Assembly: GCA_965198225.1 (NCBI GenBank)
Contig: CBDAOY010000005.1
Location: forward strand, 192,001-256,000
DNA: 64,000 bases
Source of the DNA: Terriglobia bacterium
Lineage (GTDB): Bacteria; Acidobacteriota; Terriglobia; 20CM-2-55-15
Direction: 5' to 3'
Position numbers and translations under genes: made by a program. The notes below the pieces were generated by a model that saw only the letters and a list, made by a program, of their open reading frames with translations, was not told where the DNA came from and made no database searches. Below, one piece after another: positions 1-9,720 of the stretch. How positions within the stretch are numbered: position 1 is the first letter of the stretch; each line of letters opens with the position of its first letter.

Positions 1-1
1 T

Positions 2-844
2 GCACGTCGTGCGCACCGCACCTATCGACGCAAGCGTGACGTTTTCCCAACTGAGTGTTCCGGTCAACAGGCTGATCAGGAAAGCGCCGACCACACCGAC
101 GACGGCCGCTTCGGTCGGGCTCGCTACTCCGCTGTATATCGAGCCCAAAACCCCTACCAACAGCAGCAGCACCGGCAGAACGAGCGGGATACTGCGGAAC
201 CGCTCTGGCCAGGTGAAACGCTCGTGTGTTTTCGGAACGAGCATCGGGTTGGCCCAAGAGGCAACTGCGATGTACGTCATGAAACCGAACGCCAGCGCCA
301 GCCCGGGGACGATTCCCGCGATAAACAGCTTCAGTATCGAGACCTCGGCCAGGACTCCATAGATGATCATCACCAGACTGGGTGGGATCAGCAGACCCAG
401 CGTACCGGCGCCCGCGAGTGAGCCGAGAACGATGCTGCGGTCGTAGCCGCGTTCGTCGAGTTCATGGATCGTGATCCGACCGACGGTTGCGGTCGTCGCC
501 GCCGAAGATCCACACACAGCCGCGAAAACGGTGCACGCGAGCACGTTGACGTGCGCCAGCCGACCCGGAATCCAGGTGGTCCAGGGCGCGAAGCCGCGGA
601 GCAGCATGTCTGAAAGCTTCGTTCGAAAGAGGATCTCCGCCATGTAAATGAAAGCTGGCAGGGCCAGCAGCTCCGGTGTGATCGCGGTATTCCAGACCGA
701 GTTCGCCAGGACCCGCGCGACGGGAACGTTCGTGAACAGGGCGAGACCGGCGATTCCCACCGTGAAAAGGCCCGCGAATACCCAGACGCCGACACCCAGG
801 ATTAGGAGAAGAATCCCGAGCACAAGTGGCGGTGCCGTACCCAT
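2..844 (-). CDS. TRAP transporter large permease (DctM family), partial; runs off the left edge
   Basis: Hand translation from ATG at 844: MGTAPPLVLGILLLILG...FAAVCGSSAATTATVG...GTLGLLIPPSLVMIIYG...SPTEAAVVG, which are DctM signature motifs. It follows the DctQ and DctP genes. Confidence 0.93.
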   Translation of the reverse strand, partial: MGTAPPLVLGILLLILGVGVWVFAGLFTVGIAGLALFTNVPVARVLANSVWNTAITPELLALPAFIYMAEILFRTKLSDMLLRGFAPWTTWIPGRLAHVNVLACTVFAAVCGSSAATTATVGRITIHELDERGYDRSIVLGSLAGAGTLGLLIPPSLVMIIYGVLAEVSILKLFIAGIVPGLALAFGFMTYIAVASWANPMLVPKTHERFTWPERFRSIPLVLPVLLLLVGVLGSIYSGVASPTEAAVVGVVGAFLISLLTGTLSWENVTLASIGAVRTTC

Positions 845-856
845 GGGTCGCCGCAG

Positions 857-1459
857 CTAGTCGCGAGGCCCTTCATCCGCCGGTATCACGTCGGGAACCG
901 CTCCGAGCGTCAACCGGATCAGTCGGGCGAGGAACTGAAACGCCAGAACGAGGGCACCGGCGGTGACGACGAACTGCGGATAGCCGAGAGGCACCTGATT
1001 GACGGTGAAAGAGACAACTCCGCCTCGAAAGGAAGCCAGAGCCATCACGAACAGGGCCTGGGCGAGGAACACGGAAACCAGGAGTCCGATCAGGGTGGAG
1101 ACCCACTCGATTCGACGGCGCAGCGCAGGCCCAACAGCTTCGAGGACGGCGGTGACACGAACGTGTGCCCCGCAGCGCAGGGTGTACGAGGCGCCGAGGA
1201 GGAACACTCCGGCCATCGCGTAGGCACTGTACTCCCAGGTGAAATGCAGGCTCTGCTCGAAGACTGTCCTCCAGACGATCTCCAGCAGCATGAGGACGAT
1301 GATTGCGGCAAGGAGAACGGCCGCCGTCATCCCGGATACAACCGACAACCATTCCGCGGCGCGAACAAAGGTCCATGCGGCACGATGCGCTTGGGGCGTG
1401 CTCTGCCGCTTGTCGGGGGAAACGTCCGAAGCGGAGAGCGGGCTGGCATCGAGAACCAT
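857..1459 (-). CDS. TRAP transporter small permease (DctQ family)
   Basis: Four TM segments and a GAHVRV motif; lies between dctP and dctM. The start at MVLDASP (1459) abuts the dctP stop. Confidence 0.88.
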   Translation of the reverse strand: MVLDASPLSASDVSPDKRQSTPQAHRAAWTFVRAAEWLSVVSGMTAAVLLAAIIVLMLLEIVWRTVFEQSLHFTWEYSAYAMAGVFLLGASYTLRCGAHVRVTAVLEAVGPALRRRIEWVSTLIGLLVSVFLAQALFVMALASFRGGVVSFTVNQVPLGYPQFVVTAGALVLAFQFLARLIRLTLGAVPDVIPADEGPRD

Positions 1460-1460
1460 T

Positions 1461-2474
1461 TCAGCGGCCGACCCGCTCCAGGAACTCCCCGACGACGGCC
1501 TGGGCCTCCTGGCTGGCCGTCTCGAGATACTTCCGCCAGACGCGTTCCCCGGCAGCCAGGAGTTCTCTCCGGAGCTGTGGGTCGGGCGCCGCAACTCTCA
1601 TGCCGTCGTTCTCGAGAACGGCGAGATTCTCGTGATCGAGCTCTTCGCTGATTTCCCAGAACCTCGGCTCCAGTTCCAGGGCCAACTTCTCGACGGCAGA
1701 CCGGCTTTCCGGCGACAACGCCTTCCAGGCATCGAGATTGACGACCACGATGCTGATGGGATTGCCCCAGTCGAAGCGGCTGTAATAGCCCATGAACTCC
1801 GCAAACTTCCCGTCCACACCGGACATGCTCGACGTGGAAACGCCGACGATCAGTCCGGACGCTAAGGCCGGCACGACCTCGGACCACGGCAATTGGATCG
1901 GACTCGCGCCCAGTTCCTCGAAGAACGCGATCGCCCCCGCGCTCGCGGCACGCATCTTCAGGCCTCTGAGATCCATCTTTGTTTCGATCTGGTACTTCGA
2001 ATACAGGCCCTGTCCCTGCCACGGAACCATGTAGAGCAGCTTTTGATTGTGGGAGGCGAAGATTTCATTCAAGTAGGGTCGCAGAACGTCGGCCAGGACA
2101 CGGGTCTCTCGATAGCCCAGCGCGAGAGCCGGCATGGCGCCGAGAGCGGCCAAGGGCACCTCACCGACCTGCCATTCGAGCGACGACTCCGCTGCGTCGA
2201 CGATCCGGTCACGCACAGCGGCGATAGTCTCGGGCCCCTTTAAACCAAGGGATCCGCTGGCGTGAATGCTGATATCCAGCTTGCCCCCGGTCGCCTTCCT
2301 CGCTTCCTGGGCGAATGTTCTCAGGTTCTTCACGTGGAAGTTGCCCGGCGGGAACACCGTGGCGAGGTTCCACCGATGTGTTTGCCCGGACCGGGTCGTG
2401 TTTGTTTCCGGTCCGCTAGCGCTACAGGATGAAACCGTCAAGACCAGCACCGCGGCGAGCGATGTCGTTAGCAT
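1461..2474 (-). CDS. TRAP transporter substrate-binding protein (DctP family), probable lipoprotein
   Basis: DLRGLKMRA and LGASPIQLPWSEVVPALASG DctP motifs; signal MLTTSLAAVLVLTVSSC with lipobox-like Cys. Start could be 2474, 2492 or 2552. Confidence 0.9.
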   Translation of the reverse strand: MLTTSLAAVLVLTVSSCSASGPETNTTRSGQTHRWNLATVFPPGNFHVKNLRTFAQEARKATGGKLDISIHASGSLGLKGPETIAAVRDRIVDAAESSLEWQVGEVPLAALGAMPALALGYRETRVLADVLRPYLNEIFASHNQKLLYMVPWQGQGLYSKYQIETKMDLRGLKMRAASAGAIAFFEELGASPIQLPWSEVVPALASGLIVGVSTSSMSGVDGKFAEFMGYYSRFDWGNPISIVVVNLDAWKALSPESRSAVEKLALELEPRFWEISEELDHENLAVLENDGMRVAAPDPQLRRELLAAGERVWRKYLETASQEAQAVVGEFLERVGR

Positions 2475-2662
2475 GTTTCCGATTCTCACCATTTCCGAGC
2501 ACCTAGTGGCCGCGAGCTTCATTCGAGCGACGAGTTCCGACCAAGGCGCCATTTTACGTCATGAACGGGTGGATTGTTTCGCCGATCGTTGGCGAGGGAC
2601 CTCAGGCGGATGTCAACTGACGGAAGAGAAAGGGCGCGTGTCGCACGGCTGGCGTCCCTGGG

Positions 2663-3448
2663 TCAATCAAGAACGGCATTGGCGAATCCGTCGACGATAG
2701 CGTTCGCGCCCGAACGAAGGCAGCCGTGATCGGAACCGATGGCGAAGAAGGAAACGCCCATTTTGCGCCACCGCGGAACCGCGACGGGACTGTCCAGGAA
2801 GATCCCCACAGGCCGCTCTTGCTCCCGCGCCGCCTTGCAGATCTTCTGAACTGCGGATTCCACCTCGGGATCGTTCGGGCCTGCCGCACCGTAGGACACG
2901 GTCAGATCCATCAATCCGATGAAGAGGCAGTCGAGACCCGGCGTGGCGGCGATTTCTTCAATGGAGTCCACCGCATCGGGGTCTTCGATCTGGGCGAAGA
3001 CCGTTGTCAGGGACGCACTGCTTTTCAAGTGGTCCGGCATCGACCGGGCACCGTAATCGGCGGCTCGTGTCGTGGCCGAGTACCCCCGGCCGTCCGGACC
3101 GTAGTGGGCGGCGAGAACGGCTGCGCGGGCATCCTCCGCTGAACAGACGTGGGGCACCATCACGGCGATAGCGCCCAAGTCGAGGGCCTGGAGGACATGC
3201 TCGCGCCGGAGAGCGGGGACACGGACAACCGATGGCAAACCGACGGCCCGGGCCGCCAACAGACACACGTCAAGATCCGTGCGGTCGAAGCTCGCATGTT
3301 CGCCGTCGAAAATAACTGCATCCAGTGCGGTCTGGCCCAAGAGTTCCGTCTGGGCCGCCGATGGCGTTTTCACGAACGTCGCGACCAGCGGATCCCCCGC
3401 ACGGAGTCTGCTCTTGAAGGTTTCCGGGACGGACTGACGGGGCATCAC
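2663..3448 (-). CDS. HpcH/HpaI-family class II pyruvate aldolase
   Basis: DGEH, LDLGA..VMVPHV, AQIE and FIG..DL motifs of the HpcH/GarL/RhmA family. Confidence 0.9.
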   Translation of the reverse strand: MMPRQSVPETFKSRLRAGDPLVATFVKTPSAAQTELLGQTALDAVIFDGEHASFDRTDLDVCLLAARAVGLPSVVRVPALRREHVLQALDLGAIAVMVPHVCSAEDARAAVLAAHYGPDGRGYSATTRAADYGARSMPDHLKSSASLTTVFAQIEDPDAVDSIEEIAATPGLDCLFIGLMDLTVSYGAAGPNDPEVESAVQKICKAAREQERPVGIFLDSPVAVPRWRKMGVSFFAIGSDHGCLRSGANAIVDGFANAVLD

Positions 3449-3488
3449 TTCTCCTCTTCATATATCGCCTGCATTCGCGCTCCGCGGC

Positions 3489-4292
3489 TCACAGCGACGC
3501 CAGTCTGGCGTTCGGAATGTCAGTGACCAGCATGTGGGCCGGTGTGTGCGTGATGCAGATCGGCGGGCGCGCGGCCTCGAGCACGATTTGCGGTGTGACG
3601 CCGCAGGCCCAGAACACCGGGAGTTCGTCATCCTTCACTCGGGGCCTGGAACCGTAATAGGGCTCATCCAATCTGTCGATCCCGATGAGCTTCGGATCTC
3701 CCAGATGCACGGGTGCGCCGTGCACGGCTGAAAATCGGGTCGTTGTCTGAATGGCGCGGATAGCATGTGCGGCGCGAAACGAGCGCATGGAAACGACCAG
3801 CTTGCCGCGGAACGGCTCGGCCGCGGCGCAGTCGACGTCGGTCACGTAGCATGGGACCACGTAATCCGCTTCCAGGTAAGGCTGCGGAATACCGGCGTCA
3901 CCGATCGCCTGCTCGAAGGACAGGGAGCAGCCGAGCGCGAAAACAACGAAATCGTCCTGCCAGATGTCCGTGACGTCGGGGCGATCGCCTACTTCTTTCC
4001 CATCCTGAAAAACGCGATAGCTCGGAACGTCTGTGCGGATGTCCAGATCCTTCGCCAGGGTTGGAAGGTGCGGATCACCGGGCTCGGAGACCGCAAGCAA
4101 CGGGCAGGGTTTCGGATTGCGCTGGCAAAATCGGAGGAAGGCATCGGCGTAGCTCTGCGGAAGGATGGTGAGGTTGGCCTGAACATACCCCGGCACCATG
4201 CCCGTCGTATGATCGCGAAATTCTCCCGACCGGGTCGCGTGCCGGAGCGCAACCGGATCGGTAAAATCGACTTTGGCCTTTCGTTGATCCAT
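3489..4292 (-). CDS. DUF1445/YcsI-like putative hydro-lyase (D-glutamate cyclase-like)
   Basis: GYVQANL, FCQRNPKPCPLL, HGAPVHLGDP, PVFWACGVTPQ and ITHTPAHMLVTD motifs typical of the family. Confidence 0.9.
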   Translation of the reverse strand: MDQRKAKVDFTDPVALRHATRSGEFRDHTTGMVPGYVQANLTILPQSYADAFLRFCQRNPKPCPLLAVSEPGDPHLPTLAKDLDIRTDVPSYRVFQDGKEVGDRPDVTDIWQDDFVVFALGCSLSFEQAIGDAGIPQPYLEADYVVPCYVTDVDCAAAEPFRGKLVVSMRSFRAAHAIRAIQTTTRFSAVHGAPVHLGDPKLIGIDRLDEPYYGSRPRVKDDELPVFWACGVTPQIVLEAARPPICITHTPAHMLVTDIPNARLASL

Positions 4293-4371
4293 TCAGTACT
4301 CCTGCAGGCGACACGATCGCACCCGAACTCGAACCGCCAGACGGAACCCTTCGGGGTGTCGGACCCAGCTC

Positions 4372-5808
4372 TCAGACGGTCGCTGCCCCTCTTACAAAGA
4401 AGCGGTTGATGGCATGCTCTGTGTTGGGCCGGGTGGCGAGCGACACGCCGACCATCAACACGAGAGAAGCGATGACTCCAGGATAGATCTCGTGAAACTC
4501 AAATAAACCCATCTGCTTCAGGACGAAACCGGCAGCCGCTACGACGAACCCGCCCACCGAACTCGCGATCGCACCGGCACGTGTAGCGCGCCGCCAGAAC
4601 AACCCGAAAAAAAGAGGAACGAAGAGTGTTGAAGCCATGCCGCCCCAGGCGATACCTGCGATCACCTGAATCAACGGAAAGGGGTTCAATGAGACGTATG
4701 CCGCGATCAGCGTGACGGTCAACCCGAAAACCAGCGTGGCCCGGCGGCTGATGCCGAGCAATCGCGCCTGGCTGACCTTCCCCTTGGCGGATTGGTACAC
4801 ATCCACCGCAAAATACAACCCGACGACGTGTAGGAGGCCGTCGGTGGTCGAGTGAACCGACGCCGTAATGGCCAGCAGGATGAAGAGGCTGACCCATCCT
4901 CCGATCACATTCTTGAACATGTAAGGAAACGCGCTATCGCCCACCTGATCCTCCGGTATGAGCATCCCGGCCCCGACCCCACAGATGATCACCGAGAGTG
5001 TAATCAGCATTATGATGATGCCCCCAAACGCAACCTGTTTCCGCGCTACGTCGGTGTCCCGGCTGGCGTAAAAGCGATGAAGATAGTAGGACTGGGTCGG
5101 AATGCCAAGACCCCAGACAAGAGCCCAGCCGATGAGATCTCCCGCGTTTGAGACTTCGCCGCCGAAGAAATGCGACAGGGGTTCGGGAGGGGCATGGATC
5201 ACCGCGAAATTGGTTTTCCAGAGCACCACGATCGCCCCGGTCAAAACGCCGCCGCCCATCAGAACGGCTTGAATCATATCGGTCCGGACGACGGACGTGA
5301 GCCCACCCAGCACCGTGTAGGTCACGAAGACCGCTCCCAGCAGAAGGATCGCCAGCGGAACGGCAAAACCGATGAGAGTGTTCAGGGCGATGGCCACGCC
5401 AAGCAGCTGAACGATCAGAGTGATCGAATAGAGCGATATGACCGCCAGAGCGGAAAAGGTTCCCAGGCCGACCGATTCGTAGCGGGTGCGTAGAAGTTCT
5501 GGTACGGTCGTGAGTCCGGATTGATGCATCTTCTTGGCAGCCACGACGAGCAATATCCAACCCAGTGCGGTTCCGTAGCAGACGAACGAGACCGCGGACC
5601 AGCCGTAGCGTGATGCGTAACCGGAGGTGCCGATAACGGTTATCGCGGAAAGGAAAGTCGCGACGAAGGAGCCGGTGGCGAGGGTCGTTCCCAGTGACCG
5701 GTCCGCCACGGCGTAGGCCGCAAAGGTTTCTTTGCGGTAACCCCAGACGCCGACAGCGAGGATGAACAGCGAATAGACGATGAAGGCGGCCAGCAGTTGG
5801 TAGTCCAT
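4372..5808 (-). CDS. Sodium:solute symporter (SSS) family protein
   Basis: About 13 TM segments; YTVLGGLTSVVRTDMIQ and FWRRATRAGAIAS SSS motifs. Confidence 0.92.
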   Translation of the reverse strand: MDYQLLAAFIVYSLFILAVGVWGYRKETFAAYAVADRSLGTTLATGSFVATFLSAITVIGTSGYASRYGWSAVSFVCYGTALGWILLVVAAKKMHQSGLTTVPELLRTRYESVGLGTFSALAVISLYSITLIVQLLGVAIALNTLIGFAVPLAILLLGAVFVTYTVLGGLTSVVRTDMIQAVLMGGGVLTGAIVVLWKTNFAVIHAPPEPLSHFFGGEVSNAGDLIGWALVWGLGIPTQSYYLHRFYASRDTDVARKQVAFGGIIIMLITLSVIICGVGAGMLIPEDQVGDSAFPYMFKNVIGGWVSLFILLAITASVHSTTDGLLHVVGLYFAVDVYQSAKGKVSQARLLGISRRATLVFGLTVTLIAAYVSLNPFPLIQVIAGIAWGGMASTLFVPLFFGLFWRRATRAGAIASSVGGFVVAAAGFVLKQMGLFEFHEIYPGVIASLVLMVGVSLATRPNTEHAINRFFVRGAATV

Positions 5809-5912
5809 CAGCTCCCGCTCTCAGCGCCTTCCAGCCGTTTGAGGATCAACGCAAGGATCAACGGAATCAGGGCGATGGTCATTGCGGAAACCAGAATCCA
5901 GTAGATAAGCAT
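5808..5912 (-). CDS. Small single-TM protein (34 aa) translationally coupled to the SSS transporter
   Basis: MLIYYWILVSAMTIALIPLILALILKRLEGAESGS; its TGA overlaps the SSS ATG (TGATG), and TATAAT lies about 26 nt upstream. Too short for the ORF track. Confidence 0.65.
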   Translation of the reverse strand: MLIYWILVSAMTIALIPLILALILKRLEGAESGS

Positions 5913-5997
5913 CGAATGTCTCAAGACAGGCTTCCATTATAACCATGCAAAACATAGACAAGGTTGCCTCGGTGCGGAATGGAAGTACGACATCCGT

Positions 5998-6274
5998 CTA
6001 GCAGCCCGTGGCAGAACTCTGCAGGGTTGCGCGCAGGGGTCTTCGGGTTGCAGGAGCGAACAGAGGAGCGGAGCGATGATCATTCATCGTGACCGACGAG
6101 GGACAAAGCCTGCGGCCCGACCCCCCCTGCGCCCTTCGGGTTACGGCGAAACGGGGCCGTCTTCGTTGTCGCCGACTCCTCCCAATGAATGAGCATTGTT
6201 TCGTCCTCGCCTCCTAGAATCCGGCCCCGTTTGGCCGTAACGCGGCCCTGCAGAGTTCTGCCACGGGCTGCTAG
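5998..6274. mobile_element. MITE-like element (277 bp) with 29-bp terminal inverted repeats ending in CTAG
   Basis: ctagcagcccgtggcagaactctgcaggg (5998-6026) is the exact reverse complement of 6246-6274. There are nested internal inverted repeats and no ORF. Confidence 0.8.
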
Positions 6275-6461
6275 GGGAGCCGGCCCGAGCGAAGTGAAGG
6301 CAGAATTTTTTGCCTGCTGACAGATCATTCATCCGGCGAGTCCGCAAGATGCCCGCTCGACTTGACAATACTTGCGGGAAAGTTGCGGGGCAGCGCGGTT
6401 GCCCCGCTTTCTGTTTTCGGAACCTTGTGGGACATCGGGGGCTCCCGTATGATCTCAGGCG

Positions 6462-7277
6462 GTGAAGATCAGCGAAGCGCAAACCTCGCCGCCGCAGTCA
6501 CCCTCCAACAGTTTTCGACTCAGGCTGCAATCGGAGCTGGCGGAGCGTTGTGCCGGCAACCCGCAGTACTCGCTGCGATCGTTCGCACTGCATCTCGATA
6601 TCGACCACTCCACGCTCTCACAGTTGCTGCGCGGTAAGCGAACGCTGACCGAGGCGGCGATCCGGAAGCTCGGCTCCGCGCTGAAGCTCGGCCCCGACGA
6701 GGTTGAGTCCTACCTCGCAAATCACCGACGATGGCCCGTCGCCGATCCGAGCTTCGACGAGGCGACACGCCTGACCCGGGACGCGGCCGAGATGATCACC
6801 GACTGGTATCACTACGCGATCCTGGAGCTGACGCGCCTCGAGAGCTTCCGGGCCGACTCGTCGTGGGTCGCACGCGTGCTGGGGATCTCGACGGGTCAGG
6901 TCAACATCGCGCTGGTTCGGCTGTGCCACCTGGGGCTACTCGCGATGGAAGGCGATCGCTGGGTCGACCGTTCCGAAGGGCTGGTCGTCAGCATGGAGGG
7001 TTTCACTCAGGCGGCGATCGACCGGTTGTGGTCGCAGGTGCGGGAGCTGGCCCTCGCCTCGATGCGGGATCCCGCCCGGATACACGAGCACAGCTCGACG
7101 ACGCTGGCCCTCGACTCGAAACGGCTGCCGGAGATCACCGAAAAGATCGCGCGCTTTCGCAGCGAGCTGCTGGAACTGCTCCAGCGCGACCGGGCCCGCG
7201 ATGACGTCTATCGACTCGAGATCAGCCTCTTCCCGATCACACGAACCCCACCGATCAAGGAGAAAGACGATGGGTAA
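6462..7277 (+). CDS. TIGR02147/DUF4423-like protein with N-terminal HTH
   Basis: NPQYSLRSFA..L....STLSQLLRGKR, WYHYAILEL, C-terminal HSSTTL and VYRLEISLFPIT motifs. GTG start with TATGAT 8 nt upstream. Confidence 0.8.
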   Translation: MKISEAQTSPPQSPSNSFRLRLQSELAERCAGNPQYSLRSFALHLDIDHSTLSQLLRGKRTLTEAAIRKLGSALKLGPDEVESYLANHRRWPVADPSFDEATRLTRDAAEMITDWYHYAILELTRLESFRADSSWVARVLGISTGQVNIALVRLCHLGLLAMEGDRWVDRSEGLVVSMEGFTQAAIDRLWSQVRELALASMRDPARIHEHSSTTLALDSKRLPEITEKIARFRSELLELLQRDRARDDVYRLEISLFPITRTPPIKEKDDG

Positions 7278-7626
7278 CCCGCTAACGCACTGGCAGATTA
7301 TCAGCAAGGACCCCGACGGGGCGGCCGGCTTCTACAAGGAGCTGTTCGGCTGGAAGGTCGATACGGCCAACCGGCTCAACTACCGGATGATCGACACCCA
7401 GTCCGATGGCAAGGGCGTGCCGGGCGGCATCTGGCCCGGTCCCCCGGAGGGGCACGCCCTCGTGCAGCTGTTCGTCGAGGTCGACGATGTCGACGCCGCC
7501 GCCGAGAAAGCGACCGAACTGGGAGCGGCCGTCGTGATGGGCAAACAGGTCCTGCCCGACGGCGACGAGATGGCGATCATCCACGACAGTTTCGGCATCA
7601 CTTTCGGTCTGTGGGGGAAGGGCTAG
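7270..7626 (+). CDS. VOC/glyoxalase family protein
   Basis: MGNPLTHWQI...FYKELFGW...FVEVDDVDAA..KA.ELGA; overlaps the upstream stop. Confidence 0.88.
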   Translation: MGNPLTHWQIISKDPDGAAGFYKELFGWKVDTANRLNYRMIDTQSDGKGVPGGIWPGPPEGHALVQLFVEVDDVDAAAEKATELGAAVVMGKQVLPDGDEMAIIHDSFGITFGLWGKG

Positions 7627-7864
7627 CAGGCCGGCGATGGGTGCAGGCTCACCGTCGACGGCGAGACCTGCATCCGTAGCGGAACGTGGCAAGTGCCGAT
7701 CTTCCGCGTGATGATTGTCCTGAGGCGGGGTGAAGAAGGGGCTCGACATCCAGATGGACATGGTCGCCGATACCCTCGTGATTGAGGAGCAGCGGGAGTA
7801 AGGGCTCTCTGTGTGCTGCGTCGGTTCCCGCTAGCCCAGTATGGCGGGTGGACAGTTGGTGAGT

Positions 7865-7954
7865 AATTAGGGGGCAGAGCCCCCATTTACCTCATTTCGA
7901 AACTGCAACAAGTGGAGAACAAATCGGGGAAATGGGGGCTCTGCCCCCTTAATT
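7865..7954. repeat. Inverted REP-like pair (gggggcagagccccc / gggggctctgccccc) between convergent genes
   Basis: aattagggggcagagcccccattt and aaatgggggctctgcccccttaatt are near-perfect reverse complements, and each is also a hairpin. Confidence 0.75.
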
Positions 7955-7958
7955 CACG

Positions 7959-9026
7959 CTACCTGGCGGCATAGGTCCGGGTGAACTGGTTGCGTCCGTT
8001 GGTGATGATGTAACTGCGACCATCGGGCTGGACGCTTGCCTTGATCCAGTATCCCAGGCACTCATCCTCGTCCGTGGGGTTGGCGGTCATCTGTTCCGCT
8101 GCGCTATGGTCTTCGTCAGTGTCCAGCGCGCGGTGGAGCTGCCAGATTGCTTCCACCCCGGGAGTGTTCTGGACCACGTCGAATCCGTCCGCTCCTCCAC
8201 CCTTGTGGGGACCATTGTTCACAACCGCCACGGTCGGCATGAGCGCCCCAATCAACTGCGGAGCGACGCCGTCGCCATGGTGAGGCACCTGAAAGAGGTC
8301 GATCGCCCCGACAGGATTCTCCGGACAGGCGAGTTCATGTTGGATGTTCACTGTCAGGTCACCGAGGTCGAGGAACTCAAATCCTGCGAACGACACCAAG
8401 TAGCCGATGCTATGGCTGTTCTCTCCGGGTGAGTCGCTACCCGGTGGCGTCCCCTGGCAGTGAGCGTTTGGAGTTTGCCCCCCCGTCCGGCTGAGAACGC
8501 GCTCGGCCGACGTCACGAACATCAACGCCATCCCGGCGAGCGGCAATGTATCTCCAGGCTTGACGGTCCGTCGCTTGCCCTTCGCGGTGCTCAGGTACGC
8601 CTCCCAGACCCTGCGACTGCTGTCAGGATCCCCCTCAACCCTGTCGCCATGATCGATGAACTGCCCGATCGGTGCACGGGCGGACAGTTCCGGAACGCCG
8701 CCAATGTGGTCGTCGTGGTAGTGCGAGGCGATGAAGTAGTCGATCCGTGTGATACCCGCATCCATCATCGCCGCCTGGATTCGAATGGCATCGCGTCCGT
8801 CGTCACGATTCCAGCCCGCGTCCACCAGGATCGATTCTCGCGCTGGCGTAACGATCAACGTCGCCGCCCCCCCTTCGACGTCGATCCAGTAAATGTCCAA
8901 TGTCTCGTTCGGCGTGTCGAGTCCTGAACAGCCCAGCAGTAGCCCAACCGCGAGACCGATCAATTGACGGATATCGAAGCGAAGGACGTTCGGAATCAAG
9001 ATGCGATCCAACGAATTGTTATCCAT
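7959..9026 (-). CDS. ComEC/Rec2-like MBL-fold metallohydrolase, probable lipoprotein
   Basis: IYWIDVEGGAATL, SHYHDDHIGG (HxHxDH), LGDL and QVPHHG motifs; LLGC lipobox. The start at 9026 overlaps the upstream stop. Confidence 0.85.
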   Translation of the reverse strand: MDNNSLDRILIPNVLRFDIRQLIGLAVGLLLGCSGLDTPNETLDIYWIDVEGGAATLIVTPARESILVDAGWNRDDGRDAIRIQAAMMDAGITRIDYFIASHYHDDHIGGVPELSARAPIGQFIDHGDRVEGDPDSSRRVWEAYLSTAKGKRRTVKPGDTLPLAGMALMFVTSAERVLSRTGGQTPNAHCQGTPPGSDSPGENSHSIGYLVSFAGFEFLDLGDLTVNIQHELACPENPVGAIDLFQVPHHGDGVAPQLIGALMPTVAVVNNGPHKGGGADGFDVVQNTPGVEAIWQLHRALDTDEDHSAAEQMTANPTDEDECLGYWIKASVQPDGRSYIITNGRNQFTRTYAAR

Positions 9027-9720
9027 CGTTCCGGGATGGATCGACCTTCGTGTTCTTCCAAACCGCTCCGATAAAACCAACAAAGGTACCGATCATCAGG
9101 AAAGCACCGGAGAAGAGTTTGGCGGACTCCTCCAAAATGATCGAAACCGTCGTTGCCGGTTCACTGGTTGAATCGATGAATGTGTGAATCCCGTAGAACA
9201 CGAATGCAACCGCAAACGTCTCTAGAACCATTCGCCAGCGCATCAAACCTGGTAATAGCAAGATCAATATCACCACCGCCAGGACGCCATAGAAGACGAC
9301 AATAGTGTCATTCCAATGCCTGAAGAGACCCGAACCTGTGAAGCCGTCCATCAGATCGCCGGCACGTTCGTGGAATTCCAGCGATTCATCGAACCAGAGA
9401 AAAGCGAAACCCAGTGCCAACACAAACCACACCCATTGGTGCGGATCGCGCGCGCGAATGAGCGTCACCGCTGAAGCCAGGGAAAAAGCACTTGCGGCGG
9501 CAAGGAAAATCGCTGACAACGGCGTTATCGCGCCATATTCGTACACAAAATGATATTCCGGCGGCCCACCGGTGGGGACCAGAATCATCGCAAAGATGAT
9601 GTAGGTAAGCGTGAAGCCGATTACGACGCTGAAAACGGACACGACCCTGGGAAGGTCATCCGTGCGCCGTTCTACAACCGCCGCACGCAACCGGTCGTAG
9701 AAACCGTCAATCATGTCCAC
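9019..9720 (-). CDS. Hypothetical multi-pass membrane protein
   Basis: About 6 TM helices with polar motifs FDESLEFHE and LEESAKL; coupled to the MBL gene. Confidence 0.75.
   Translation of the reverse strand: MDMIDGFYDRLRAAVVERRTDDLPRVVSVFSVVIGFTLTYIIFAMILVPTGGPPEYHFVYEYGAITPLSAIFLAAASAFSLASAVTLIRARDPHQWVWFVLALGFAFLWFDESLEFHERAGDLMDGFTGSGLFRHWNDTIVVFYGVLAVVILILLLPGLMRWRMVLETFAVAFVFYGIHTFIDSTSEPATTVSIILEESAKLFSGAFLMIGTFVGFIGAVWKNTKVDPSRNDG

Noticed and set aside
7630-7800. Short coding-like fragment VKKGLDIQMDMVADTLVIEEQRE*
   Set aside because: Too short, with upstream stops and no family I can recognise.
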